Positions 39,101 through 47,263 of a stretch of DNA of 64,000 nucleotides are shown here, one piece after another. Origin of the DNA: Candidatus Lernaella stagnicola (GTDB taxonomy: Bacteria > Lernaellota > Lernaellaia > Lernaellales > Lernaellaceae); the NCBI GenBank assembly GCA_030765525.1, contig JAVCCK010000034.1, positions 86,126 through 150,125 on the forward strand, given 5' to 3'. Made by a program: the position numbers and the translations under genes. How positions within the stretch are numbered: the stretch's first letter is position 1; the number at the start of each line of letters is the position of its first letter. The notes under the pieces were generated by a model. That model was not told the DNA's origin, searched no databases, and was given only the letters and a program-made list of their open reading frames with translations.

Positions 39101-42091
39101 ATCGCGCATCGCAGTGTGATAACCGCGCGCCCGCAGGAAGCTCGACAAATACGCCAGCCCCACCGGTGGGTTTTCGTAGCCCCAGGGGGGCAAGGTCACA
39201 AGCACGACATCCGGCGCCGGAGTGATTTTGCGCAGCAGGCGGTCGCGAATCTGTGTCTCGATTTTTCGAAACTCATGCCCCGGAGGCACGAAGAAATCGT
39301 AGTTGAATTTGACGTCCAGGCCCGCGACCCAAATCGCCATTTCCATCATGCGTTTTCGCCGCCAAGACGGATTGTTGTACGCCTTGTACGACCACGACTG
39401 GAAGTGCTTGCCCGGCGGCAGCAGAACGCCGTACGTGACGCAATCGCGCTCGAGCGCGCTGCCGGGCAGGATGTAGCAGGGCGTGACCTCGTCCACGTAG
39501 TCAATCGTGTCTTGAGCGTCATGCACCGCTTTGACCGTGGCGAGAAAATCCCGTTCGGTTTCGCCCGGGAAACCAACGAGCAGATTGACGTGCGTTTCGA
39601 TGCCCGCCGCGTGTGCCTGCCGCAGGTTATCTAGCGCGACTTGCCCGGTGTAACCCTTGTTCATGTGCGCCAAGAGTTCGTCGGAGAAACTTTCGACGCC
39701 GAAGCGTATCTTTGCGCAGCCGCCACGGGCCAACGTTTCGAAGAACGCCGCGTCCATCTCGACTCGCGGCGCCATGCGGCAGGTCCACCGGAAGGGCCGC
39801 CCGCTGTGGGCGATGCGTTCGGCCAGTTCGCGCAAAGCGTCGAGGTCGCCGTTGGCGATCAGGTCGGTGAAGTGAAACGTGAATACTTCCCACGTGTCGT
39901 GGTGGTCGCACATTTCCGCGAATACCGACGCCGCGCTGCGTGTGCGAAAACTTCCCTCCGCCGGTTGCTCGGCGCAAAACGCGCACCGGAAGCGGCAGCC
40001 GCGGCTCATGCGGATGGGCAACACCGGGCTTTCATAACGGTCCGGGCGAAATTCGCGGAAAGTCGGGTAGCCGATCACGTCCAGGTTGCGCAGTGGTTCG
40101 CGGGGCAAGAACTCGGGTTCGCCGTCCGGCCCCACCCAGCGTGCTCCGCGCAGAAACGCATTGCCGTCGCCGCGCCGATGCCGGCGAATGATTTCCACCA
40201 GCGTTCCTTCCGGCTGACCGATCAGCGCCAAGTCGCAAATGGCTTCGGGGAACAAGTCGCGCTCGGCGTCGATGCGTGTGGGGTCACCGCCGATGATCAG
40301 TTTGCGCGCCGGGTCGCGTTCGCGGATGGCCGTCATCACATCGCGAGTGACCAGCAAGTTGCCGCGCACGAGGTGGAAGTAAACGAGGTCCCCGGACGCC
40401 GCCAGGATTTGTTCGGCGAGCTTGGCGGGCGACAGGTCCAGTTTTTTGCGGAACGCCTCGTACGCGATGGGGTTCGCCCATTGATCGTGGCGCGGTAACT
40501 CCCACAGCTTTCGATCTTCCTCCGTGGCCCGCAGGTATTCCTGAATCGACAAATCCAGAGCGAAGGCTTTGAGACTGCGCCCGGCGAGGTAGGACGCAAT
40601 GGCCGCCAGTTCCAGCGGCGGGTGCGAGACGTCGAAGGGTGGGCACAGCACGAGCAGTAAGTCGTGGTCTTCGCCCGCCAGATGACTTGCCTCGTCGACA
40701 AAGCCGAGGTTGGTTTGCCGCACCGGTAAGCCGAGTCGATCCAACGCCGCTTTGACCCGCGTGAGGCGCTCGTGCCGCACTTGCGGCGTGTTGCCGTCCT
40801 GACCGATCCACGCAACTTCAAACCAGTCTGGGTCCACCGGCGGCAGAATGCCGTACTTCTCCGGCTTCTCCGCCAACACCGAATACTCGAGGATGTTGCA
40901 GGAATTGAGCACGGCGACTTCGTCGATCCACTCCGTGTTTGCTTCGACCCAAGCGATTGTTGCGTCCAAATGCGCTTCGGTCTCGCCCGGAAAACCGACG
41001 ACGAAATTGACCCAGGTCGTGATGCCCGCATCCTTGACCGCGCGCAACGTGTTCGTCGCGGCCTGGGCGGTCGTGCCTTTGTTCATCCATCGCAGCACAT
41101 CATTGCTGCCCGACTCGACACCCAGCGCCAACGTGTGACAGCCCGCGCGGCGCATCGCCCGGAGCGCTTCGGGTGTGAGTTTGTCGCTGATCGCCGCGTT
41201 AGCGTTCCAGCGAATGTCCAGACCGGCGTCTTCGAGCATCCCGCACAGGCTCACCACGTCGTCCACGATTTGCGTGATCTGCAGGTCGACGACCATGAAG
41301 TCGCGTTTGTCGAGTGTTTCGACGTGGTGCTGAATCTCGGCAAAAACATTTTCGGCCGACCGGCGGCGGAAACGCCCCATCAACACGCGGTCGTTGCACA
41401 GCGTGCAGCCCTTGGTGCAACCGCGGCTCATGGCCAGCGGCAGGTTGGGCGTCGCGTAGAGGGACAGGTCAAAATCGCTGAAATCGGGGAAGGGAAAATC
41501 GTCCAAGGTTTTGGCGACCGGCCGGTCGACACAAGGGCCGCCGGGCAACGCCACGCCCGCGATGTCTTCCGGCACCTCGCCGGCCACCAAGGCGCGGGCC
41601 GCTTCCACGACCGCCACTTCGCCTTCGCCGACGACAAAGGCGTCGACCAAGGCTTTCGGGAACGCGTTGCGGCTCGCTTCGCTGAACGCGCCGAGACCGC
41701 CGACGAGAATCTTGATGCCCGGCCGCCGCGCCCGCAAGCGCCGCATCAACTCGATGGTCACCGCGCGGTTGTCGCTGTGCACCGAGAAACCGGCCACCGC
41801 CGCGCCGCTTTCATCGATCTCGCGAGCCATGCGGTCAAAGGCGTCGCCGAATGCGGCGATCGTGCTGGGCACCCGGCTCTCCCAAACCCACGCGGCCTTG
41901 TGGGCCGGATCCCAAAGATGCCCCTGGCTCGCCTCAAACTCGCGATATAGCTCGATATTGAAATCACGCGCGCATACCGAAAAATCAGCGCGGCGCAATG
42001 CGGCGGTCACGCAGGCCAAACCCAGCGGCGGGCCCTCGGGCCCGAAGGGAGGCAAGATCGCTAAAAACATATCCGGTGCAGCTTTTACCAT
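36125..42091 (-). CDS. Multi-module radical SAM protein (3 x B12-binding radical SAM + radical SAM/SPASM), ~1,988 aa
   Basis: Four CxxxCxxC motifs: CTKGCTLC, CRFRCAFC, CIANCTYC, CNLDCIGC. Three GVES/GFPGET sets. C-terminal C..GW...DGSVIPCC...CYQAC. Start 42091 is supported by promoter geometry. Confidence 0.9.
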   Translation of the reverse strand: MVKAAPDMFLAILPPFGPEGPPLGLACVTAALRRADFSVCARDFNIELYREFEASQGHLWDPAHKAAWVWESRVPSTIAAFGDAFDRMAREIDESGAAVAGFSVHSDNRAVTIELMRRLRARRPGIKILVGGLGAFSEASRNAFPKALVDAFVVGEGEVAVVEAARALVAGEVPEDIAGVALPGGPCVDRPVAKTLDDFPFPDFSDFDLSLYATPNLPLAMSRGCTKGCTLCNDRVLMGRFRRRSAENVFAEIQHHVETLDKRDFMVVDLQITQIVDDVVSLCGMLEDAGLDIRWNANAAISDKLTPEALRAMRRAGCHTLALGVESGSNDVLRWMNKGTTAQAATNTLRAVKDAGITTWVNFVVGFPGETEAHLDATIAWVEANTEWIDEVAVLNSCNILEYSVLAEKPEKYGILPPVDPDWFEVAWIGQDGNTPQVRHERLTRVKAALDRLGLPVRQTNLGFVDEASHLAGEDHDLLLVLCPPFDVSHPPLELAAIASYLAGRSLKAFALDLSIQEYLRATEEDRKLWELPRHDQWANPIAYEAFRKKLDLSPAKLAEQILAASGDLVYFHLVRGNLLVTRDVMTAIRERDPARKLIIGGDPTRIDAERDLFPEAICDLALIGQPEGTLVEIIRRHRRGDGNAFLRGARWVGPDGEPEFLPREPLRNLDVIGYPTFREFRPDRYESPVLPIRMSRGCRFRCAFCAEQPAEGSFRTRSAASVFAEMCDHHDTWEVFTFHFTDLIANGDLDALRELAERIAHSGRPFRWTCRMAPRVEMDAAFFETLARGGCAKIRFGVESFSDELLAHMNKGYTGQVALDNLRQAHAAGIETHVNLLVGFPGETERDFLATVKAVHDAQDTIDYVDEVTPCYILPGSALERDCVTYGVLLPPGKHFQSWSYKAYNNPSWRRKRMMEMAIWVAGLDVKFNYDFFVPPGHEFRKIETQIRDRLLRKITPAPDVVLVTLPPWGYENPPVGLAYLSSFLRARGYHTAMRDFNIEFYNGVHEIYRMLWHVENKNFWSNDTTFEVVKHSLRGQIDQAVEELVDLSPPILGFSVVDPKERITLEVIRRFREHNRDTRIILGGPACFTPEYRQIFIDRAGDLIDGYVVGEGENTLLEIVERTRAGEDLRNIPGLMILDEQGECRFTPRAPIMDLDTLAPPTYDEFDIEQYPGDSLILEWSRGCIANCTYCKGKQISGDFRMRSAKHIFGELRRHVETHGFRNFTIADNLLNGDVVILEELCDRIIDAGLEFRWNGEAIPLPGMTRQLLDKMAAAGCYEMQWGVESGSPTVLKRMGKLRFFEVEQARRVIRDCHEAGIKTCLFIIVGFPGETADDFQMTLDFIRENAAWIGQIKSINSMHVITGTALHVYPERFGIHLPETDYHYLWESLDGANTPAVRNARIRALLRLCEELDVEVRETNLTEGKQASVVEKFRPELSMEERMKILIDEINDLRSFKTDIPEAGDRAGPLGCSYIMPEPVKDEAAPEIEAPVEEAALTAQEAQAFVEDNLALAGILDGEEVLAGPEIFEIDLTNFCNLDCIGCWNHSPLLAERRMTGEEKQQHLPTELVLRLIDDAAELGAKHVQLSGAGDPLCHTDAMEIIRRVKARGLECTVITNGTLLTEKVCEGLVEAGVDHLTVSVWAGSPEVYAAVHPNQQPKTLRRIMESLQLLHRLKAERNSFQPQVKVYHVVCHTNAHDVANMVSFAVESLAEYVEFTPIDIVPGYTDSLALTEADRAEIVRQLNDLPKREDYLELDPTRGAKRQDADGEGLEFARFVKRSLLPGGFRYELDDITRFDVLCHRKEWRLEIEEDNVVENALIFYYPRHECERCPDNPQCAIDKERYAIKVEFLSFLGYGVFLRRIQAGEGSGYDAEMVDKIPCSIGWTYARVKTDGSVIPCCKADDLPMGNLHEADFRTIWTGETYREFRRKALTTPKSDPYFSVIGCYQACDNLGHNRGAHERIGRLTEELRKRLQSQESRELSKV

Positions 42092-42097
42092 CCCACC

Positions 42098-42126
42098 AGG
42101 ATACTTATGGCCCAACGTGCTCACAA
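42098..42126 (-). promoter_or_regulatory. sigma70-type promoter, leaderless geometry
   Basis: TTGTGA-N17-TATCCT-N6-ATG(42091). Confidence 0.5.
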
Positions 42127-42396
42127 GCGCTTTTACGGTTACAATGTGAATCGATTGTTGAGAAGATCGATCGAGGGAACCGTGGCGGAGAGTTCGCGGT
42201 CGAAATGAATGAAACGAAGTTCGAAGGGATACGTGTCGCCGAATGCCCGCGCAGCCTGCGGGCGCGGCAGCGTTGTTGGAAACCTCCAGGCCGGTGGCAC
42301 GGACGGGCGGATCGGCCGGTGGAGGGCAACAATTTATCCCTGTTTGATAGTGACGAATTGCCGGGACGGGGCTGCCGTTAAGAGAGCGTAATGCTC

Positions 42397-42424
42397 TGGA
42401 CAAGGGCGCAATCGTAAGTATAAT
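42397..42424 (+). promoter_or_regulatory. tRNA promoter
   Basis: TGGACA-N16-TATAAT followed by a C-rich discriminator-like stretch. Confidence 0.65.
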
Positions 42425-42434
42425 CATCCACCGC

Positions 42435-42507
42435 GCCACCGTAGCTCAGTTGGTAGAGCACGCGATTCGTAATCGTGAGGTCAGGAGTTCGAATCTCCTC
42501 GGTGGCT
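42435..42507 (+). tRNA. tRNA-Thr(CGT)
   Basis: Acceptor stem GCCACCG/CGGTGGC, D-arm AGCTCAGTTGGTAGAGC, anticodon arm CGCGA-TTCGTAA-TCGTG, T-loop GTTCGAATC. CCA not encoded. Confidence 0.96.
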
Positions 42508-42611
42508 TTCATTGTTTAAGCGGCAATGCATGCGGACAAGGGTACGGGGGGAACCAGGCACGTGACAGAAACGTCCTAGTCTGGTAGTCAAGCACGAGAC
42601 AGGGAGCAACC

Positions 42612-45005
42612 ATGGCCGGCCCCCGAACCGCAAAAAAAGGCAAGCGAGCCGCAGGCAAATCGTCCGGCGGGGCATTTGCGTCGCTGTTTAAAATCGGCGC
42701 GTGGTGGGCCTTCAACGTCGCCGTATGGACTTCCTTCATTTTGATACTCGCCGGAGGGCTCTACGCTTTTTCCGTCGACCGCGGACTGCGTGACAAATTC
42801 GAGGGCAATCGTTGGAAGTTGCCCAGCCACGTGTATTCCGACAGCTTGACGGTTCTGCCCGGCGATCTGCTTTCCACGACCGGCCTGATCGAGCGCCTGA
42901 AACGCCTCAACTATCAGGAAAAAGACACGGCGACCGAGCGTCCCGGCCAATACCACCGCGGCACCGGCACGCTGGAAATTTACCTGAACCGCTTTGACTA
43001 TCCCGGGGAAGCGCGGCCGGCGCGATTGGTCAAGATGTTGCTCGGCGGTGAAGCCGTCACGAAAATCTTCGACGCCAAGACAGGCGAAGAGCTGTTTATG
43101 CTCGAAGTGGAGCCGGAATTGATCAGTCGTTTCTTCGGTCAGGTGCAGGAAGAACGGCGCATTATTCCGTACGAGGCGATCCCGAAAAGTCTCGTGTGGA
43201 GCGTGGTCGCCGTCGAGGACGCCGCCTTTTTCGAGCACCACGGCATCAATTTCAAAGGCATCACGCGGGCGGTCGTCAAGGGCATTCTGCGTTTCAGCTT
43301 CCGCGAGGGCGGCAGCAGCATCACGCAGCAGTTGGTGAAAAACCTATACCTCTCGCCCGAGCGCACGATCAGCCGCAAGCTCAAAGAGGCGGTGATGGCG
43401 ATCGTGCTGGAGATGCATTACCCGAAGGAAAAGATCTTCGAGGTGTACATCAACGAGATCTACTTCGGGCAGTCGGGCAGCGTGTCGATATGCGGCCTGG
43501 GCGAAGCGGCGAAATTCTATTTCGGGAAGGACGCCGAGGATATGACGCTCGCCGAATCCTCGCTGTTGGCCGGGTTGATTCGCAGCCCCGCCGGTTACAA
43601 TCCGCGCAAGCACGTGGAACGGGCGAAGATCCGCCGCGACTACATCCTGGATCGACTCGCAAAAATGCCGCAGGCGATACAGGAACTGGGCGTCACAGTG
43701 CAGGATCTCGACGACGCCAAGCTGCAGGATTTGGTGGTCAGTCGCCATTTGCCGCCCAGCACGATCGCGCCGTACTTCATTGCGTTTTTACGGCAGCAGC
43801 TCAATCGCACCTACGGCGAGGACGTGCTGCAAAGCGTCGGATTACGCATTTTCACGACACTGGACGCCGCCGCGCAACAGAACGCGGAAGGCGCGGTGGA
43901 CCGAACGCTGAAAGAATTGGAAACGAACAACAAGCGGCTCCAGGTGACCGACAACAACCGCTTGCAGGCGGCCCTGGTCGTGCTCGAACCGTCGACCGGC
44001 TACGTGCGCGCGATGGTCGGCGGCCGCAATTTCGTCGAGTCGCCCTTCAATCGCGCCGTCCAGATGCAGCGTCAGGTGGGCTCGACGTTCAAGCCGATCG
44101 TGTATACCGCGGCGTTTCATCGCGCCTTCGAAGAGCGCGGCTTTGAATTCACGCCGGCCACGATCATTGAAGACAAGCCGTTGTCGATCACGTCGGGCGG
44201 CCAGAAGTGGAAGCCGAATAACTTCGACCACAAATTCGAGGGCAACATCACCGCGCGGCATGCCTTGGAGCAAAGCCGCAACGTGCCCACCGCGCGTGTC
44301 GGTTTGATGGTCGGTATCGACAACGTGATTCGCACGGCGCGCGATATGGGCGTAACCGCCGACCTGCCGCCGTACCCGGCTCTGTCGTTGGGCATCGCGG
44401 AAATGAGCCCGTTGGAACTCGCCAGCGTATACGCCACGTTGGCCAACCAAGGTTACTACAACGCGCCCATCGCCATTCGCGACGTCGTCGACCAAACCGG
44501 CGCCGTGCTCGAAAAGCGCAGCGTTAAGCCGCGCCGTGCGGTGCCGCCGCAAGTCGCTTACCTCACTACGCACATCCTGGAGGGCGCCATCAATCGCGGA
44601 ACCGGCGCCGGAGTGCGACGCCTTGGTTTGAAGATCGCCGCCGCCGGGAAAACGGGCACGACCAATGACGCCAAGGACGCTTGGTTTGTCGGTTACACGC
44701 CGAACATATTGGCCGCGGTGTGGGTCGGTTTCGACACCGATCGTAACGTTGGGCTGACCGGCGGGCGTGCCGCGCTGCCGATCTGGACCCGTTTCATGCT
44801 AGACTTCACCCGCGGGAAAGACGTCGGCCGCTTCGAAACGCCGCCGGGCATCGTGTTCCGGAAAACATGCCAGAAATCCGGCTTGCTGGCGCATTACAAC
44901 AGCCCGGACGTCGTCGACGAAGCTTTCGTAGAGGGGACCGAGCCCACGGAGGAAAGCCGTCTTTTCCGCGACGAAGTGCTGGACTTTTTCAAGAAGAGGA
45001 AATGA
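42612..45005 (+). CDS. mrcB: Class A penicillin-binding protein 1B
   Basis: TM, UB2H-like region (LKRLNYQE...PGQY), glycosyltransferase motifs ED..FFEHHG and GGSSITQQLVKN, transpeptidase STFK, SRN, KTG. Confidence 0.92.
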   Translation: MAGPRTAKKGKRAAGKSSGGAFASLFKIGAWWAFNVAVWTSFILILAGGLYAFSVDRGLRDKFEGNRWKLPSHVYSDSLTVLPGDLLSTTGLIERLKRLNYQEKDTATERPGQYHRGTGTLEIYLNRFDYPGEARPARLVKMLLGGEAVTKIFDAKTGEELFMLEVEPELISRFFGQVQEERRIIPYEAIPKSLVWSVVAVEDAAFFEHHGINFKGITRAVVKGILRFSFREGGSSITQQLVKNLYLSPERTISRKLKEAVMAIVLEMHYPKEKIFEVYINEIYFGQSGSVSICGLGEAAKFYFGKDAEDMTLAESSLLAGLIRSPAGYNPRKHVERAKIRRDYILDRLAKMPQAIQELGVTVQDLDDAKLQDLVVSRHLPPSTIAPYFIAFLRQQLNRTYGEDVLQSVGLRIFTTLDAAAQQNAEGAVDRTLKELETNNKRLQVTDNNRLQAALVVLEPSTGYVRAMVGGRNFVESPFNRAVQMQRQVGSTFKPIVYTAAFHRAFEERGFEFTPATIIEDKPLSITSGGQKWKPNNFDHKFEGNITARHALEQSRNVPTARVGLMVGIDNVIRTARDMGVTADLPPYPALSLGIAEMSPLELASVYATLANQGYYNAPIAIRDVVDQTGAVLEKRSVKPRRAVPPQVAYLTTHILEGAINRGTGAGVRRLGLKIAAAGKTGTTNDAKDAWFVGYTPNILAAVWVGFDTDRNVGLTGGRAALPIWTRFMLDFTRGKDVGRFETPPGIVFRKTCQKSGLLAHYNSPDVVDEAFVEGTEPTEESRLFRDEVLDFFKKRK

Positions 45006-45772
45006 CCGTGCAGATACGCTTGGTGCTTATTTCAATCGTGGTCCTAACACTGGTTTTCGGTGGGGCCGCGTGTACGGTCAAACGAACCGGAGCCAACATT
45101 GGCGAGGCCGATTTGGACGACGAAGCCACGCCGCAACCCGCAGATCCAAAAACTGCGACGCCGGCCACTCCCTCCTTCGAGGACCCGCTGGCCCGCATAT
45201 TCGAGGACGATACCCGCGACCCGGAAATTGACGAACGCGATTTGCCGGTCGATCCCGACCCGATCCCCGACGTTGCGCCGCCGATGCGCGAACCACTGTC
45301 CGAGCAAGGGCCGCTGGCGACGGTTGATCCCCACCGCGAACGCTCGGCGTTGAACGGGCACGGAGGCACTTCGCAACGCAAGGCGGCGCTGGCCCTGACG
45401 CGCGACGGTCGCTCCTTGTTGCAGCAGGGTAACAACTACTTGGCGGAGAAACGATTCGAGCGCGCACTGTCGATCGACCCGCAAAGCGGCCAGGCCTATC
45501 TAGGTTTGGCGGAAGTTCGTTTTCAGGAAAAGAAATGGGGGCAGGCGGCCGACCTGGCCACGAAGGCGGCGCTGCGGTTGCGGAAGGAAAACTATTTTCG
45601 TTCCCGCGCGCATCTGCTCGCCGCGAAAGCGATGATCAACACCGACCGTCCCGGCGGCGCCTACAAGCAAGTTCAATTGGCTCTTAAAGTCGATCCCGAC
45701 AACCGTGAAGCGGCGTTGCTCAAATACCGGCTTGAAAAACATTTGGGAATCCAAGCGCCCCTAACCAATTAG
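45002..45772 (+). CDS. TPR lipoprotein, LpoP-like PBP1B partner
   Basis: ATGA-coupled to mrcB; lipobox GAAC; Pro/Asp linker; TPR FERALSIDP...AYLGLAEVR. Confidence 0.78.
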   Translation: MTVQIRLVLISIVVLTLVFGGAACTVKRTGANIGEADLDDEATPQPADPKTATPATPSFEDPLARIFEDDTRDPEIDERDLPVDPDPIPDVAPPMREPLSEQGPLATVDPHRERSALNGHGGTSQRKAALALTRDGRSLLQQGNNYLAEKRFERALSIDPQSGQAYLGLAEVRFQEKKWGQAADLATKAALRLRKENYFRSRAHLLAAKAMINTDRPGGAYKQVQLALKVDPDNREAALLKYRLEKHLGIQAPLTN

Positions 45773-45778
45773 CGGCGT

Positions 45779-46522
45779 TCAGCGCGGCGCGAAGCGTCGC
45801 CTTTTCGGCGGCGGACTTTCAAAAAAGAAGGGTATTTGCGCGCGGGCAAACGGGTGCTGTGTCGTGATTTGAATCTCGCCGGTGATGCGGACGCCTTTCT
45901 TGGCCAGGACCGCTTCCACTTCCAACACCGTCGAATCCCCCGCCTCCAGAGAAATCGGCAACGCCGCTTGCGGGAAGTGCGCCTGAACATGCGGGCAGGC
46001 CGGAAACACGGTTGCCGAGGTCAGTTCAAGCGGCTGGTCGGAGGTGTTCACGATCCTCACGCGCTCTACGTGGCGACCCTCGATTTTCTTGGCCACAAGT
46101 CGCCGCGGTTCGCAAACCAGATACGTGCGCACGACACCCTCGAGCGTCAGTCGCACTCGTTGCCGGTAGGGATCGTTGGTGTGCACGATGACCGCTTTGG
46201 ACTGCGGCCCCCAGAGGGACTTGGTATCCAGTTCCACCCGTAAGATTCTCTGCTGCCGCGGCCCGATGCGCTCACCTTCCAGACGCGTCGATGTGCAACC
46301 ACAGGTGTTTTCCACGCGCACGATGTTGATGGGGTAGGGGGCGGGGTTGTATATCGTGAACTGCGTCTGAATCGTCTCGCCTTGAAACACTTCGCCGAAA
46401 TGGTACCGCCCGGTTTTCTCCGGAACGAATATCGCATCCGGCGGCGCGGCCGAAGGCATCACCGACGCGCAACCGGTTAACACAAGAAGGGCGAGAAGCC
46501 CAAACCAAAAACAGCGATTCAT
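45779..46522 (-). CDS. DUF1573-like Ig-fold lipoprotein
   Basis: Lipobox LTGC; FGEV..GE, NTCGCT, KAVIVHTNDP. Confidence 0.8.
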   Translation of the reverse strand: MNRCFWFGLLALLVLTGCASVMPSAAPPDAIFVPEKTGRYHFGEVFQGETIQTQFTIYNPAPYPINIVRVENTCGCTSTRLEGERIGPRQQRILRVELDTKSLWGPQSKAVIVHTNDPYRQRVRLTLEGVVRTYLVCEPRRLVAKKIEGRHVERVRIVNTSDQPLELTSATVFPACPHVQAHFPQAALPISLEAGDSTVLEVEAVLAKKGVRITGEIQITTQHPFARAQIPFFFESPPPKRRRFAPR

Positions 46523-46601
46523 TTCATCATCGTGGCAAAAACTGTGAGCTCCGACAAGTAGCGGGGTTTGAAAAACGAACGACGTCTTCATTTTTCCTAA
46601 G

Positions 46602-46630
46602 AAAAAAGGCGACCTCCGGGGGCCACCTTT
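46602..46630 (-). terminator. Intrinsic terminator
   Basis: Minus strand AAAGGTGGCC-cccgga-GGTCGCC-TTTTTT after the 46653 stop. Confidence 0.7.
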
Positions 46631-46652
46631 AGTACATCCGTTGAAACGATGA

Positions 46653-47096
46653 TTAGATATCGATTTCTTCCACGTCCAGGCCGATTCCCGCCGCCGCTGC
46701 TTTCAGCGCTTCTTCACCGGTCTCGACCCGCTTGAAAAAGCTTTCGGTCTTTTTGACGTTGGCCGGGTTGAAGGGGTCGATGCCGATTTTGCCCATCATC
46801 ATCGACATCATCGCGCTGCGCGGGCCGCCGTTAAGGCCGTCAAGCATAAAGCCCAGCATCGTGTTGATGCCGCCCTGTTTCAGCGTAAAGGTGACCGCAG
46901 CGTCGGATTCTTTGTGGCCTTCGCCGCACTCGATCGTGCCGTCGGCGTTGAATTGCATGAACCAATCAGGCCGCGGTACGCGGTCGCCATCCACATCCGT
47001 CACCAAATTAAAAATGACGAGGTCGCCTTCCGCGTTCTTGGAAAGCTTCGGCAGAACCTCCATCAATTTGGCCATCGGGACTTCGCTCAATTTCAT
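46653..47096 (-). CDS. Hypothetical protein, possibly SCP2-like lipid-binding fold
   Basis: SD AGGAGG; W....DG.IE..EG....D..VT and AMM.MMMGKI resemble the SCP2 pattern (by eye). Confidence 0.65.
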   Translation of the reverse strand: MKLSEVPMAKLMEVLPKLSKNAEGDLVIFNLVTDVDGDRVPRPDWFMQFNADGTIECGEGHKESDAAVTFTLKQGGINTMLGFMLDGLNGGPRSAMMSMMMGKIGIDPFNPANVKKTESFFKRVETGEEALKAAAAGIGLDVEEIDI

Positions 47097-47263
47097 AGGA
47101 TAATCCTCCTGTCGTGCGCAATGCGCGGTTTCTATTTTCGTCAGCAAACAATACGTTTGCGCATATCCGCCTGGAGAAGCGTAGGGATTATAACGACTGC
47201 ACCCGAGAAGGGCAAGCAGTGAATGAATGGCCATTCATTATTTCCTGGCGGTCCGCCGGGGGG

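Noticed and set aside
42150..42400. Cobalamin or c-di-AMP riboswitch upstream of the B12 enzyme
   Set aside because: No B12-box (GCCACTG...GGGAAG) or complete ydaO motifs on the minus strand, and the gene looks leaderless.
42092..42439. 116-aa N-terminal extension of the giant radical SAM in the ORF track
   Set aside because: Not domain-like; overlaps the tRNA promoter and 5' end; promoter geometry supports ATG 42091.
42435..42611. Integrative element at tRNA-Thr
   Set aside because: No integrase, no duplicated tRNA 3' end seen, and mrcB follows directly.
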